DNA from: Squalus acanthias
Taxonomy: Eukaryota
Assembly (NCBI GenBank): GCA_030390025.1
Contig: CM059438.1
Coordinates: 65,102,001 to 65,166,000, forward strand
Length of the DNA: 64,000 nucleotides
Reading direction: 5' to 3'
The first letter of the stretch is position 1. Each line of letters starts with the position of its first letter. This document shows positions 24,148-37,621 of this stretch, one piece after another. The position numbers and the translations under genes are program-made. The notes beneath the pieces were generated by a model. The model saw nothing but the letters and a program-made list of their open reading frames with translations, made no database searches and was not told where the DNA came from.

Positions 24148-25991
24148 ATGGCAGATCAACGACCCAGGGAGAGAGCTCGCAGATTCTGTGACCAGGCATT
24201 GGAGGCGTTGGTCTTCGCTGTGGAGAGACGGAGGGCGGTGCTGTACCCAGCAAGTGGCAGGAGGCCCTCGCCGCAAGTCTTCCGCGCCATGTGGAGGGAG
24301 GTAGCCCAGCAGGTCTCGGGCAGCACTGTGGTCCCCAGGACCCACACACAGTGCAGGAAGAAATTTAACAACCTCACTCGGGTGGTCAGGGTGAGTCAAT
24401 GCTTCAACAAATGCTACATACCACCATCTGAACCTCAGTCTGCACACACTGCCCAAAGCACCACACCCCCAGAACTCACCTACCAACAATCTCCACCTAC
24501 CAACACTCACACCCACATCTCACACGTTGCACACAATGACAGCTATTCAACAATGGCAGGCACATCTCCCAAACACATTGCTCAACACTCACTCACACAC
24601 TTTCCTTTCTTTTGCAGGCCAAGGTCTCTCACAACAGGAGGGAGCAGGAGCGCACAGGCGGGAGACAACCTGACACCCAACCACTGTCTGAACTGGAGGA
24701 AAGAGCGCTGCAAATCATGGGGCATCAGGTGGTGGGCACCATGGCCACCGGCCACATTGACCCCCTTGGGGATAACCACGGTATGTTCACCCCTACACCT
24801 TCTTCTCACATCCCACTTCCCCCTCACCCCATAAGCCTTTCCCACTTTCCAGCTAATCATGCTGTATGCATGCTTTCTCCCTTTCTGCCCCCCTCCCCTC
24901 ACCTTAACCCGACTCTTGTGCCTTTATGCTTTCAGATAATGAGCAAGCAGCTGAGCAGCCTGTCCCTGAGGGCACTGTAGAGAGCGAGGCGGGAGAAGAG
25001 GAGGACAAAGAACACACTGCGTCACTGCATGTCTCACCCACAGGCACCAGCTCAGATACTGGCACTATGCGTTCTTTAGAGGCTAGTATAGTAGCGGGAT
25101 CTGCACAGGGTGATGCACCGGGGATGAGCGGGCTGCAGCAAGGCCAGAGGGAAAGGGTAGCTCGGGAGCCAGCTCCCCGGAGGGCGAGTTCTGCTGCATA
25201 GGACTCAGATGAGGACCTCGATGGGGAGGCCGTTAGAAGAAGAGTGATGGGCATGCACACGGAGATGATAGGTGCAATGGCAAGGGTGCCTGAGAGCCTC
25301 TCGGCAATGGTAAGGAGCGTGGAGGAGTCCGCCTCCAACATTGCACAAGGCTCTGCGCACACCATGGAACCCATCATTTCCAGTCTGTAAATGATGGTGG
25401 ATTCCCAGAGAGACCATGGCGACCCAGACCCTGATGCTGCGTGTGATGGGTGATGTCGCAGCTTCCATTGCAGCACAGGCGGAAGACACGCAACGTCTTA
25501 GTGCTGTAATGCAGTCTATGCTTTGTAGCATCCAATCTCAGACTGCTCTCATGCAGTCTCAGCTCGATGCCATGCAAGCTCTGACTGCTGCCATCGTGGC
25601 TGGGTTGGCCACAGTCCACCAGAGCTTTCACGGTGTCGCAGCAGGCCAGCAATCTGTGCTCCAGCAGATTGGTAGGGATGCTGAGGTGCTGCCCCAGGGG
25701 AGTGGCAGTGGGTCAGTGGAGCAGGAAGCTGCTGTCCTCTCTCAGGATGACAGCATTCCTGCTCCCACCACTGCTACTCTGCCATTGCCCTTGTCGCTGC
25801 CTGTCATCCAGCCATCCCAGACTGCTGCCGCCCATGCTGAGATGATGCAGTCTACAGCCGGGCCTTCCAGGCTCAGAGCTGGTCAAGGGCATCTTGCAAG
25901 GCATCTGAAGTCTCCCACATGGACACTCAGCAGCCTGCCACCAGCCCTGCTGCAGCCACTAGGCCAACACTTCGTAGGAACACTAAAGTAG
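24148..25991 (+). pseudogene. Three-exon Myb/SANT-like gene of Harbinger B
   Basis: Exons 24148-24390, 24618-24780 and 24936-~25991 joined by GT-AG introns in matching phases 0 and 1; RARRFCDQALEALV..W.EVA..RTHTQCRKKFNNL; premature TAG 25199-25201 and TAA 25388-25390. Confidence 0.9.
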
Positions 25992-26086
25992 GCAAAGGCA
26001 CAGTAACGAGAGGCACTGAGGGATTGCACAAGGGTGAATAGTTAATATTGTTGTTGTAAATATGTGTTTACTGATTATTGATAAAT

Positions 26087-27327
26087 TTATTCATTGGCTT
26101 GAGATGATTTTGTGGTGTGTCTCATTTCAGCTTTGCGCTGTGATATGGTCTGCGACAGGGATGGAATGATGGGGATGTGGTGAGCAACGGGGATCTGTGG
26201 TTTAATTTCAGAAGGCCGATTGAGTGGCTGCCTCCTCCCTCGCTCATGTTCCACCTCCTCCTCGTCTTCCTCTTCCTCCTCGTCCTCGTCCTCCTCCTGA
26301 GGTGTTCCCGCAATCCCTAGTGGCAAGGGTTGGGCCCCCATGATGGCCAGATTGTGGAGCATGCAGCAGACCACAAAAAAATAGGACACCTGCGAGTACT
26401 GGAGGGCTCCTCCCGAGCGGTCAAGGCAGCGGAACCGTTGCTTGAGCACCCCGACGGTCTGCTCGATGACGTTGCTGGTGGCAGCTTGGCTCTCATTATA
26501 TGAGTGCTGAGCAGGAGTGCTGGGGTTGCGGAGGGGAGTCATGAGCCAGGTGGAGCGTGGATAGCCCTTGTATCTGACCAGAAGCCGTGAGCTTGATGTG
26601 GCAGCTGGAAGAGTGCTGGCACACTGGTCTGGCACAGGATGAAGGCATCGTGGCTGCTGCCAGGATAGCGGGTATTCACATTGAGGTTTCGCTGTCTGTG
26701 GTCGCACACCAACTACACATTAAGTGAGTGATAGCCTTTGCGGTTACGGAAGCCCTCAGGATTGTTATGTGGTGCCCACAAAGCCACGTGGGTGCAGTCA
26801 GTGGTGCCCTGCACCATGGGGAAGCCCGCTATCCTGGCAAAGCCACATGCACGTTCGTCCTGCTTCTCTCTGGTGATGGAGAAGGAAATGCAGTCCCTTC
26901 TCCTACTGTAGAGAGCCTCTGTGACCTCCCAGATGCAGCAATGCACAGCGAATTGTGAGCTGTTCGCTATATCTCCTGTTGCAGACTGGAAGGAACTGCT
27001 GGCCAAGAAATTGAGGCCGACGGTGACTTTTACTGCAACTGAGAGAGCCGTGGTCGACCTGATCTGAGGCTGGAGGCCTGGTTGCAGGAGGTGGCAGAGT
27101 TCATTGACCACATTCTTGCTGAAGCGGAGCCTTCTAATACACTGCTCCTCACTTAATTGGAGGTAGGAGAAGTGCTCTCGGAATACCCTCGGAGGGTAAG
27201 GCCTCCTGTTGAGAGTCCTCATGGCCCTTCTCCTCCCTCTGGCCACATGTTCCAATTTTTCTCACTGCCTCCGCTCCCTCCACCGTTGATCCTGGAGGGC
27301 GACATCGACTACCAGTACAGCCCCCAT
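26087..27327 (-). pseudogene. Harbinger DDE transposase of element B, decayed
   Basis: MGAVLV start at 27327; [75 protein letters not shown], acidic tail. Confidence 0.92.
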
Positions 27328-27564
27328 TAATGTAACGATGTGTAGCACTTTGACATTTTGTCAGAATAAATCTAACAAATTTAAGTGGCCATCCAGAATG
27401 GAAAATGTACCTTGAAGGTTAGTGCAGGCAGCTTCAGAACCGTGCAATTGGATGGGGTTCCGAGCCAATCACAGACCCCGATTGGATCCAGAAAAGGACA
27501 GTTACGAAATGGGAATGGCTGATCCTGATTATTTAGTCAACTATTTTTATATTAGGTATTAGGA

Positions 27565-27712
27565 AGGAACATAGGAACAGGAGTAGGTCATTCAGCCCCT
27601 CGAGTCTGTTCTACCATTCAATTAGATTATGGCTGATCTCTTTCTCAACTTGATCAACCCTTTTGGTTCTGTAACCCTTAATACCCTTGCCCAACAAAAA
27701 TCTATCAATCTA
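27565..27712 (-). mobile_element. CR1 3' tail fragment
   Basis: GAACATAGGAACAGGAGTAGGTCATTCAGCCCCTCGAG, as at 31343. Confidence 0.7.
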
Positions 27713-28635
27713 TCAATGACTGTATTGGTGCCGTTTCCTGCTCTCGCTCCGAACGGGAAAATTTCATAATCTTTGTTTCCAATTTCCACCCTTTTCTCAC
27801 CTTCACATGGTCCATCCCTGATTCTTCCCTTCCCTTCCTCGACTTCTCTGTCTCCATTTCTGGGCTACGCTATTGATCAATATCCACTATAAGCCCCCTG
27901 ACTCCCACAGCGACCTTGATTACACTTCCTCCCACCATGCTTCCTGTAAGGACTCTATTCCATTCTCCTAGTTTATCCATCTCTGTCACAACTGTTCTGA
28001 CGATGCCACCTTCAATACCAGTGCTTCCGATATGTCTTTCTTTTTCCTCAACCGAGGATTCCCCTCCAACATAGTTGACAGGGCCCTCGACAATGTCTGT
28101 TCCATTTCCCGCACTTCTGCTCTCACCCATTCACTTCCCTCCCAGAACCATGATAGGGTTCACCTTGGTCTCACCTTCCACCCCACCATCCTCCACATTC
28201 AACGGATCCACCGCCGCCATTTCCACCACCTCCAGCATTATCCCACCACCAAAAACATCTTCCCCTCCCCTCCCCTTTCAGCATTCCGATGAGACCGTTC
28301 CCTCCACGACACCCTGGTCCACCCTTCAATCACCCTCAACAACCCCTCCTCTTCCCACGGTACCTTCCCAGGCAAGCGCAGGAGATGTAACACCTGCCCT
28401 TTTACCTCCTCCCTTCCCACTGTCCAGGGCCCCAAACACTCCTTCCAGGTGAAATAGCGATTTACTTGTACTTGTTGCAATTTACTATACTGTATTCGCT
28501 GCTCTCAATGTGGTCTCTTCTACATTGGGGAGATCAAATGCAGAATGGGTGACTGCTTTGCAGAACACCTCTGTTCAGTTCGCAAGTGTGACCCTCAGCT
28601 TCCGGTCGCCTATCACTTTAATTCTCCGCTCCACG
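27713..28635 (+). mobile_element. Penelope-like element fragment (RT C-terminus to GIY-YIG)
   Basis: DSIPFS.F.H..HNCSD, FFLNRGFP, LTFHP, LLYCIRCSQCGLFYIGE.K.RMGDCFAEHL. Confidence 0.85.
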
Positions 28636-29634
28636 AACGGGAGAGCTGCAGCCAACTTTCTCGCATTCCGCATTACACCAGCCACTGTCACAAACCCAAA
28701 ACGATGTCAGGATCGTATGGTCATTATTGAAATGAGCTGACCATGCAGACTGTGGGCAATCAGCTCAATGCCCCTTCAGCCAGCTTTGCGATAACAGCTC
28801 ACCATTCCCTCCTCCACTTTATCAGTTTCACAAAATGGGCCACTCCAGAGTCCAGGATATGGGGAAATAAATCAACATTGACATAGAATTACATTGAATT
28901 TACAGCACAGAAGCAGGCCATTCAGCCCATCAGGTCTATGCTGGTGTTTATGCTCCACACGATGACTTCAATGGAGAGTGAGATCGGGTGGGGTGTGAAA
29001 CCAACGTTGCACCAGATTCCGTCAGTTTCCCGACGGGCGGCTTAGATTAAAATTGCCCCCAGTGTATCTCAGGTCTGTGCTTAACCCCAGCCAGCCTCAA
29101 ACAGCTTGCAGTCCTTATATGGGCTCTCAACCTAGGGCCTCCACATTATAACTGAGGAGGTTATGTCACATGACATCACAGTGAAAACCATGGCAACCCA
29201 GAGGGAAGTGAGTTTCACCAGTAACTGAAGTGCAGATGCTGAAAAGCTCTCGACAAGTAAGGGGCAAGATTGCTTAAAGCTCACCAAAGTTTTCAGAATC
29301 TGTGGAGATCAAAATTGCTAAACGCATCTCAGTTTTGAAACTCATCACGAACTGTGGTGCTTAGAACCATTTGTTTCCAGAATTCCTTTTGTCAATCGAT
29401 CTGAATCTGTGGAGATCCAAAACCATTTGTTTACAGAATTCAGTTCTTAAATTCGTCAAATTATAACTGAAGAGATATTTCTTCATCACAATATCAGGGA
29501 AAAGTCATCGTGGAGACAAAGAGTGACTTCAGGCTGTGAGTAAACGAAAGAAGGAATTCTTAGTTGGGAATTACCCCAAGAATTGAAATGGCTTAACAGT
29601 GAGATTTTCCTTCAGATTGAACAGGAATAGTCAC

Positions 29635-30762
29635 AGCCGGAATTTTCCCCTAAAAAAGAGGGTGGGTGTAGGGCGTGGAGGCAGTTAAAGTGTTAAAAAT
29701 GGGATTCCTGACCTGATCCCGCCTCCAACCCGCCCACGTCCATTTTTCCCAGTGGCAGGATGGGAGGGGGAAGGAGGGCGGTCGACCAACCCGCTCCCAG
29801 GGGGCGTTACCTTCATTTAAATATTGTAATGAGGCTGAAAGCCTCTTTTTCCCCGTCCATTTTATGTTTAACTGCCTATGTTAAACAGTTAAAACAGAGT
29901 TAAACAGAGGCAGGGACTGCTGCATCCAGTAAGTGGCTTTATACCTACTTCCTGGACGCAGGGTCCCTACCTAACCCACCCACCCCCCGCGATCAGAGAC
30001 ACCCTCCGGGCCTCCGATCAACCCCCGCTGCTCCCCCCCCCCCCCCCACCCCCGGCCTCCTCCCCCCCCACCACAGGCTTCCCCCCCAGGCCTCACCCCC
30101 CCTGCCCAACGATGATGATGAGGCCAGCCACGATCCTCCAGTGGCTGGCCCCGATCCTCTCTCCCCCCCGCCGATGCTCCGGTCGCCCCCCTCCCCGCTG
30201 ATCCTCGATCCCCTGATCCCTGGCCGACCACCCCCCTGCGGATCCCTGATATCCGGCAGACAGTTCCCCGCCCCCCCCCCCCACCACCACCGTCGACCTC
30301 TCCTCCCGCGATCCCCGATGCCTGATGCCGACCCCCCGACCATCCCCCCCGCGATTACGGATGCCGACCACCCCCCCGCCCCACGATCCCAGAAGCCCGA
30401 TGCAGAACCCCCCCCCCCCCCCACAAAGCCCAATGCTCGATGCCGACCCCCCTCCCACGATCCCCAATGCCCCATGCCAACCTCCCCCCATCGGACTGAC
30501 CCTTTGCATCTAAGCCCCTCGCCCCAACCCGCCTCCCTGGAGAATAGTCTGGCCAAGGACAGGGAAATGGGACTGAAGGGCCAGGAATGTCTCCCTGCTG
30601 CCTCGTTTCCATGTGAACACATGTAGGCTGTGGTTCAGGCCCAGATCTGCCCATTTGGGGAAGGCCCAGGTAATCCTGGATTGATGTAAATGGGTCACTG
30701 TCCCAGTGTTAATCATCTCCCCTCTTACTTCCGATCATTCGCAGCCCGGGAGAATCAGCCCC
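29635..30762. mobile_element. Harbinger-type non-autonomous element with a C-rich low-complexity core
   Basis: Ends AGCCGGAATTTTCCC / GGGAGAATCAGCCCC resemble the TIRs of elements A and D; core 29975-30500 of poly-C runs with CGATC/CGATG motifs. Confidence 0.6.
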
Positions 30763-31342
30763 TTAATCTCCATGCGTCAGAAGACATCTATAAGATATTG
30801 TTGCAAGAACCAGAGAGGATGTGTGCAGGGCAGTGGGTACAGTTTCTAGCTTCAATGGTGAAGGACTCCTTTTTCATCTCATCTCAGTGCTGATTTCAGA
30901 GCCAAGAAAAAGGTTTAACTGCAGGGAGCAGCAATGAATCTTTCGTGTATTTCTACTTTGCCAGGTGACCAACAAGTTGGGGCCAGTAGAGTGCTCAGTC
31001 AGCATCCAGTATCATGCAAAACCTCTAAATTATGGCTGTCGTGTCCAAACTAAGAGTGTTAATTCCAAGATCTAGGAGATAATGGAGACGTTTATTATTT
31101 TGAAACAGCGACTGGAGATTAAGTGCAACAGTGTAACCTAACGAAGTCTGCTGAAATTGCTGTTATAAACTTGATTCATGGTTGTAGCCTGAGATATACA
31201 GTCCGTCAGAGTTTTATTTGTCAATTTGTCCATCAATCAAAACAGTCAAGAAGGCGCAGTCATCACCCATACCGCATCGAGTGTGTCCCTCATCATTAAA
31301 AAGCTTGAACTTTTGCCCTGTGGCTTTCTAGACACCTCACTT

Positions 31343-32005
31343 AGGAATGTAGGAACAGGGCCATTCAGCCCTTGAGCCTGTTCCGCCATTCAATTAGATC
31401 ATGGCTGATCTGTATCTTAACTCCCTCTACCTGCCTTGGTTCCGCAGCCCTAAAAACCTGGCCTAAAAAAATCTATCAATCTCAGTTTTGAAATTTTCAA
31501 TTGGCCCATCCTCAACAGCTTTTTGGGAGGAGAGAGTTCGAGATTTCCACCACCCTTTGTGTGAAGAGCTTTGTGACATTACGCCTGAACGGCCTAGCTC
31601 TAATTTGAAGGTTATCCCCCCTTGTTCTGGACTCCCGCACCAGAGGAAATAGTTTCTCTCTGTCTATCCTATCAATTCCTTTAAACGTCTTAAACACCTC
31701 AATTAGATCACCCCTTAATCTTTTGTACTCAAGAGAATACAAGCCTAGTCTATGCAACCTGTCCTCATAATTTAATACTTTTAGCCCTGGTGAATCTGCG
31801 CTGCACCTCCTCCAGGGCCAATATATCCTTCCTGAGGTGCGGTGCCCAGAACTGAACACATTGCTCTAAATTGGGTCTAACCAGAGCTTTATATAACTTT
31901 AATATAATTTCCACCCCTTTGTATTCTAGCCCTCTTGAGATAAAGGCCAACATTCCATTAGCCTTTTTAATTACTTTTTGTACCTGTCCGGTAGCTTTTA
32001 GTGAT
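31343..32005 (-). mobile_element. CR1 LINE 3' end
   Basis: KKANGMLAFISRGLEYK..LYKALVRPNLEQCVQFWAP..LEEVQRRFTR..RLRGDLIEVFK, plus CR1 3' UTR. Confidence 0.92.
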
Positions 32006-32585
32006 GTTAAGGTCATGTTTCAGCTTGTAGGGACTGTGAGCATGCTTGAGGAAGCAGACTTTTGAACTGGGTATAAGAAGTATCTGTGTACACTCAAGTC
32101 AGAATAAATCTGAACTCCAATACCCTTAGCCTGCTGGCACTGACGTGCAAGCAGTTTATTTCTTTGTTGCATTGAGTTGCTGGCATGAGGGAGGAGCATT
32201 AACTTTACTTCCACCAGTGAGGTAAAACCTTGGCATTCAACAGGTCTTGGAGTGCCACTGGCCACCTGCAGGAATACACTTGTGGAAAGTATACAGTCAC
32301 TGTCTGCGCATTATATCCTGACAGTCAGAGGAAACTGGATTGCCAATTTACACAGCCCGCTTGACCCGGTCACATACACGTTGAACTACTTTGTGACGTG
32401 AGTAATATGCAGAGTGCTTTCATAATGCGTATGATGCCACCACATCATAGCATGCATTTGTTTCTGGGGCACTGTGCTGGTTTGAGCTGTTAAATTGGAA
32501 TAGCTACCCTAGCATCAGACTAACTATTTAAATGGTTTGGGCCGAAGGGAACAGCTGATCAGATTCCATTCGAAACAATTGCACA

Positions 32586-32930
32586 GTAGGTTTTAAGGAG
32601 CGTCTTAAAGGAGGAAAGAGAGGTAGCGAGGCAGAGAGGTTTAGGGAGGGAATTCCAGAGCTTAGGGCCTAGGCAACAGAAGGCACGACCACCAATGGTT
32701 GAGCGATTATAATCAGGGATGCTCAAGAGGGCAGAAGTAGAGGAGCGCAGATATCTCGGGGGTGGGGGGGAAGGTTGTGGGCCTGGAGGAGATTACAGAG
32801 ATAGGGAGGGGCGAGGCCGTGGAGGAATTTGAAAACAAGGATGAGAATTTTGAAATCGAGGTGCTGCTTAACCAGGAGCCAGTGTAGGTTAGCGAGCATA
32901 GGGGTGATGGGTGAACAGGACTTGGTGCGT
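32586..32930 (-). mobile_element. L2 fragment
   Basis: Reverse-complement match to ~20065-20400. Confidence 0.85.
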
Positions 32931-34957
32931 TCTACAGCTTTTCCTTGTGTGTCTTGCTTCAGATTATCTTGAGTTTTACTTGGCTGGTATCTCTTGTGGG
33001 CCTCTCTGCTTGGACTTTCAGCTATTCGAGGTCAGATCGGCTGTGTGATTTTTATAGCAGCCTTCTCGGGCAAGCTAGCATGGGGTCATCTCCAGGAAAG
33101 CTGATCCTGGAGGCTGGCAGCCATGCCAGTTCCCGTTCTTGTGGATTTTCTGACTTACGTTTACACTCTCGGATCCTGCAGTGGCATAGTTGAATAAAGC
33201 GGCGCAACATCAGGCTTATTCTCCTCCGTTAATATTCTGGTCCACCTCACTTCTGGATCGGTAAGCTTTTCTGGAAGACTATATTCAGTGGAAGCTTTGA
33301 AATTACGGCTGTATATAGTGACACCACTATTCCCGGCCAGAATGGAAATGATTGGGTAATTCCCCCGTCAATCGCGCATGGAGACTGCTGTAAGTGACTG
33401 GGATTGATTTTGCACACAGAATTTGTATTCTGTAGTTATCCTCCACTCACTGCATTTTGCTGTAGAAATAATCCTGCTTTCATCAGGTGTTTCAGTCATG
33501 AGTTCTGTTTGCTGTAGTTCGTTGAGACTCTGTTTAATAGACTGAGAAAATAGACTCTGTTTGCTGTAAGTCCTGCCGTAAGCCCCGCCCTGCCTCCAGC
33601 TCATTGGCTGACACAGTGCAACTCAGTGGCTGACATAGTGGTATCAATACTTACCCTGTTGAAATATTCAGCAAAGCTCCTGTTATTGTAAAACATGTTT
33701 GGAAGAACATTGTGTAAAAAAAAGTCACTGAATTGGTCTAGGCAGCACCGATGGTGCCAGTTGTGTTTCGCATAAGTCTGATTTGAAGCACCCTCACTGG
33801 GCTGCGTCACAATTGATTCTTTTGTCATTAATCTTTCTTCTACCCATCTGTTCCACGCTCCCAATGCCTCGCTCCAGCTTTCCTTCAGGCATTAAAACAC
33901 TTCTCCATTCTGCTCTCCACTGTTTTCAGGCCCCGTACCTGCCTTGCCTGATGCAGTTTTGTGCAGCCCATGGTCGTTCTGAACACAGCTCTTCCCCGCA
34001 GTGACACAGGACTAAACTGACTGTGAGCTCTAGTAACATGCAGCCTGCCCTTGGCAACCACTTCAAAAGCCGACAGTGTTGATGGCAGTGACTCTGTTGC
34101 ATGGTATTTCTCAATCATTAAAGATCTGGAGGAGAAAGAGATAGATAGCTTAGACACAGACACATAGGAAGAAAGGAAAAAATTAAAATACAAGCGTTGG
34201 CAAGGCAACAATTGAGAATGATGATTTTTTTTTTCTTCCCGATGCGCTGAATGGCCTCTGTCTGTGCCGTAAATTTCTATGTTTTCTATGAACTGTTACC
34301 TTGTAGGTTTACTTACTGTATGTAACATATAGCAAGTTAATGGGTTATATTTGCCCTTATCTCAGTAGATTGTTTTAAGTCTCTCTGTTGAAAGATTGGA
34401 AAAGATTGTGCGTGAAATACATAATATCCAGATTGGATCACAAGAGAGTACCGTTATTACACCCCTGGGCATCAGGGGCATACTGGGCATCACATACTCT
34501 GATGTAGCCAAGAGAATATTGAAAGCAGACTCAAGATTTGTAACAGACACGGCGTACTCACGTTTAGGTATGCACCCTAGTGAACATAATCGAGAGAGTT
34601 TAGGTACAGGCTGCTAGAGCCAAGCTTTTGGGACCCCCAAGTGTGCAGAGCAGCACTGGTGGAAGTTAACCAGTTTCTCTAGCCAAGACTACTTTACCCT
34701 TTCAGGAGTTGACTTGCAAAGTCACCTAAAGTTAATTGGGAACAATCCCAGCCCCAGTGACAGGTCTACCGCTTTATTCTTCTTTTGAGAGATAGGTTCA
34801 GTGCATCGCTCAACCACCCCAGCTAAAATTCCAAGATTTGGTCAGGTACTCTCACAGTTTCTATCTTCTTCATGAGGGTTGCATGAGGAACTAGGTTGAA
34901 TTCTTGATGGTGACAACAAGGGAAGTGGATTTCCCAAGTCTTGTGACACTCCACAAT

Positions 34958-35440
34958 CTTGTATAGAACCTTGGTTAGACCACACTTAGAGTATTGTGCA
35001 CAGTTCTGGTCTACAAATTATAAAAAGGATATGGAGGCACTAGAGAAGGTGCAAAAAAGATTAACAAGAATGATACCACAACTGAGAGGATATACTTATC
35101 AGGAAAGACTGAACAGACTGGGGTTCTTTTCATTAGAAAAGAGAAGACTGTGGGGTTTGATAGGGTAGACATAGAGAAGATGTTTCCACTTGTGGGGAAG
35201 ACCAAAACTAGGAGCCATAAATATAAGATAGTTACAAACAAATCTAATAGGGAATTCAGGAGAAACATTTTTAGCCAAAGAATGGAAAGAATGTGGAACT
35301 GGCTACCACAAGAAGTAGTGGAAGTGAATAGCATAGAAGCATTCAACGGGAAGGAATAGAAGGATATGCTGATAGAGTTAGATGTAGAGGGGTGGGAGGA
35401 GGCTCGTGTGAAGCATAAACGTTGGTTTCAGTGCTGTAAA
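34958..35440 (+). mobile_element. CR1 LINE 3' end
   Basis: LYRTLVRPHLEYCAQFWS..LEKVQKRLTRMIP..ERLNRLGFFSLEKRRL. Confidence 0.9.
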
Positions 35441-35446
35441 TTCTGC

Positions 35447-36957
35447 GGCCCCCGATCTTAACTTGCAGATGCACTGGGAGCGGAAAGGTCCGATATTGCG
35501 CAGGGAACCCGGAAGTATGTTCAGCGTGTCAGTCAGTGGCTTTGTAACATATTACAACAAGTGACTCCACTTCAAAAGTACTTAATTGGCTGTAAAGCGC
35601 TTTGAGACGTCCGGTGGTCATGAAAGGCACGATAGAAATGCAAGTCTTCTTCTTCTTCTTCTTCATTATCATTTTACTTCATATCTCAGCCACATTTTAA
35701 GTGGGTATCCCTTGTCTCCGAGCAGCAACCGGTAACTCTGCTTCCAGGTGCAAGATGTCAGGGAGGTCGGACTGCCACAGGATGGAAGCATCATGGCAGC
35801 TGCCTGGGAATTGTGCGCCCACCTGCATAAAGATCTTTTTGTGGTTGCACACCAGCTGCACATTGATGGAGTGGAAGCCCTTGCAGTTGATCTATGGGTG
35901 CCTTAAGTGCCACCTGTGTGAAGTCGATGACGCCCTGCACCTGTGGGAAGCCAGCCAGAGCTGCAAACCCGAGCGCCCACTCATTCTGACTGGCATCATC
36001 GCAGGCAAAGTTGACATAATTGCCAGGCCTGGCGAACAAGCCATCAGTCACCTGTCTTATGCATTTGTGTGCTGCTGATTGGGAGACCCTGCATATGTCT
36101 CCGGCAGAGCCCTGGAGGGAGCCAAAAGCATAAAGGTTAAGGGCGGTGGTGACTTTGACAGCCACTGGTAAAGCATGGCCACCAGGTCCAGCCGGCAGCA
36201 GGTCTTGTTCCAGCAGGCTGCAAATGTCTGCCACCACCTGACGCAACACCCTGAGCCTCCTGACACACTGCTGTTCAGACATGTTGAGAAAGCTTATCCT
36301 CTGCCTGTACACCCTGTGTGCTGGACTGGCCTCCTGCGAGCTGAACCTCTCTGCTGTTGCCCTCTCTGCTGCTCCCCACTCTCCTGCAGAGCTGCTAGAG
36401 GTCTGTGAACAGCAGACCGTTGCTGGTGCTGTTGCTGGTCATCTTGGTCCTCATCTGAGGTCTAATCTAAGGCAACATAAGCGGCACCCATCCTGATCTA
36501 ATAGATCAGAGCTCCAAAGTGTAGGTCAGACCTCCAAAGTGCAGATGAAACCTCCAAAGTTTTGATCAGTGCTCCAAAGTGTGTAAGGTAACCTCTCAGC
36601 AAAAGTACTGTGAGGAAACCCTTTCCTACTAGCAGGTAAGAAAGCAGCTGAGAGTACTGAGTATTTATTGGCATATTTCGCTGAGAGTGATTCAGACCCC
36701 TCAATTGCCACTGTGTACTCGTGAGTACCAGGTAGCCCGGGAAACCCGTGGACCCGACGTTAAGCACAAATATCTCGGTCAAGATCACTCTAATGCAGCG
36801 ATTTACATATGTTGATTGGTAACCAACCTCTCCCGAGGGGGTTGTGCGCACGCAGCCTAACACGCTCCAGTGAAATGCGGAAGACGGCGGGTTGGAGCTG
36901 TTTTAACCCTCCACTCGCATCCGAACCATTGCGCTCCTCCAGGTTAAAATCACCCCC
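35447..36957. mobile_element. Harbinger derivative C (transposase N-terminal part only) with a SINE tail inside
   Basis: Ends GGCCCCCGATCTTAAC / GTTAAAATCACCCCC; SINE tail with (TTC)n at ~35545-35665. Confidence 0.65.
35686..36491 (-). pseudogene. Truncated Harbinger transposase
   Basis: [58 protein letters not shown]; similar to the element A transposase. Confidence 0.9.
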
Positions 36958-37621
36958 CCACCGCCGCCCCCCATGTAATTCGATGCAATAAAACCTGTCC
37001 TGCACATTCCTCGTGAAAACTCAATGCAAGGTGCTCCTTCCTGTTTTCTCTAAGGGGCTGTGAAGAATCTGATAGATGTGCTGCGACATCTCAAAGAATG
37101 ACCTTAATATCAATAAAATTCCTCAAGGTCATTTGGATCTCCCGTCTTGTGGATGGAAACCACTACTGTGCTTTGGAGTATAGATCATTCAAACAGAACC
37201 CTGTTCGGTTGAGAATAAGGGTTAAAATGACACAAGTCACAGAAACGGTCAGACCCAGTGGATTGTAGATATAGTCTACCAATGATAATCTGATCTTTAA
37301 GGGTAGTTTTCAACGAAAATGTTGGACGTTGGTAATTTTCACTTCAGACATAGTCCCTTGACTTCTATAATTCCAGAGTCAAATCTACCAGAGCATTTAA
37401 TGTTTGTTGCATAAATTGCCTGTTGCCATGGAACAGCCACTCGATACTGGCAACTGAAACCAATATATTGTTTTCTGTCACAGACAGGAGGTGATTTGTT
37501 GGGATTTGAGTGTTGAAATTGACTGACTGAGATTATGAGAACACATCAGAGTGCGGTTTTACAGCAGAGTCGGCGATGGCGTGTAGCCTGACAGAAGAAA
37601 CATGATTGTGAAGTGACCAGT

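Larger units (their letters stand above)
23701..29060. mobile_element. PIF/Harbinger DNA transposon B (two genes, decayed) with later insertions
   Basis: Candidate TIRs GGGGCTCATTTT (23701) / AAAATTGCCCCC (29060), flanks ATT/AGT; genes are clear, outer boundaries less certain. Confidence 0.65.

Noticed and set aside
29971..30654. Long proline- or glycine-rich ORFs on both strands
   Set aside because: Explained by low-complexity C/G-rich sequence that lacks stop codons
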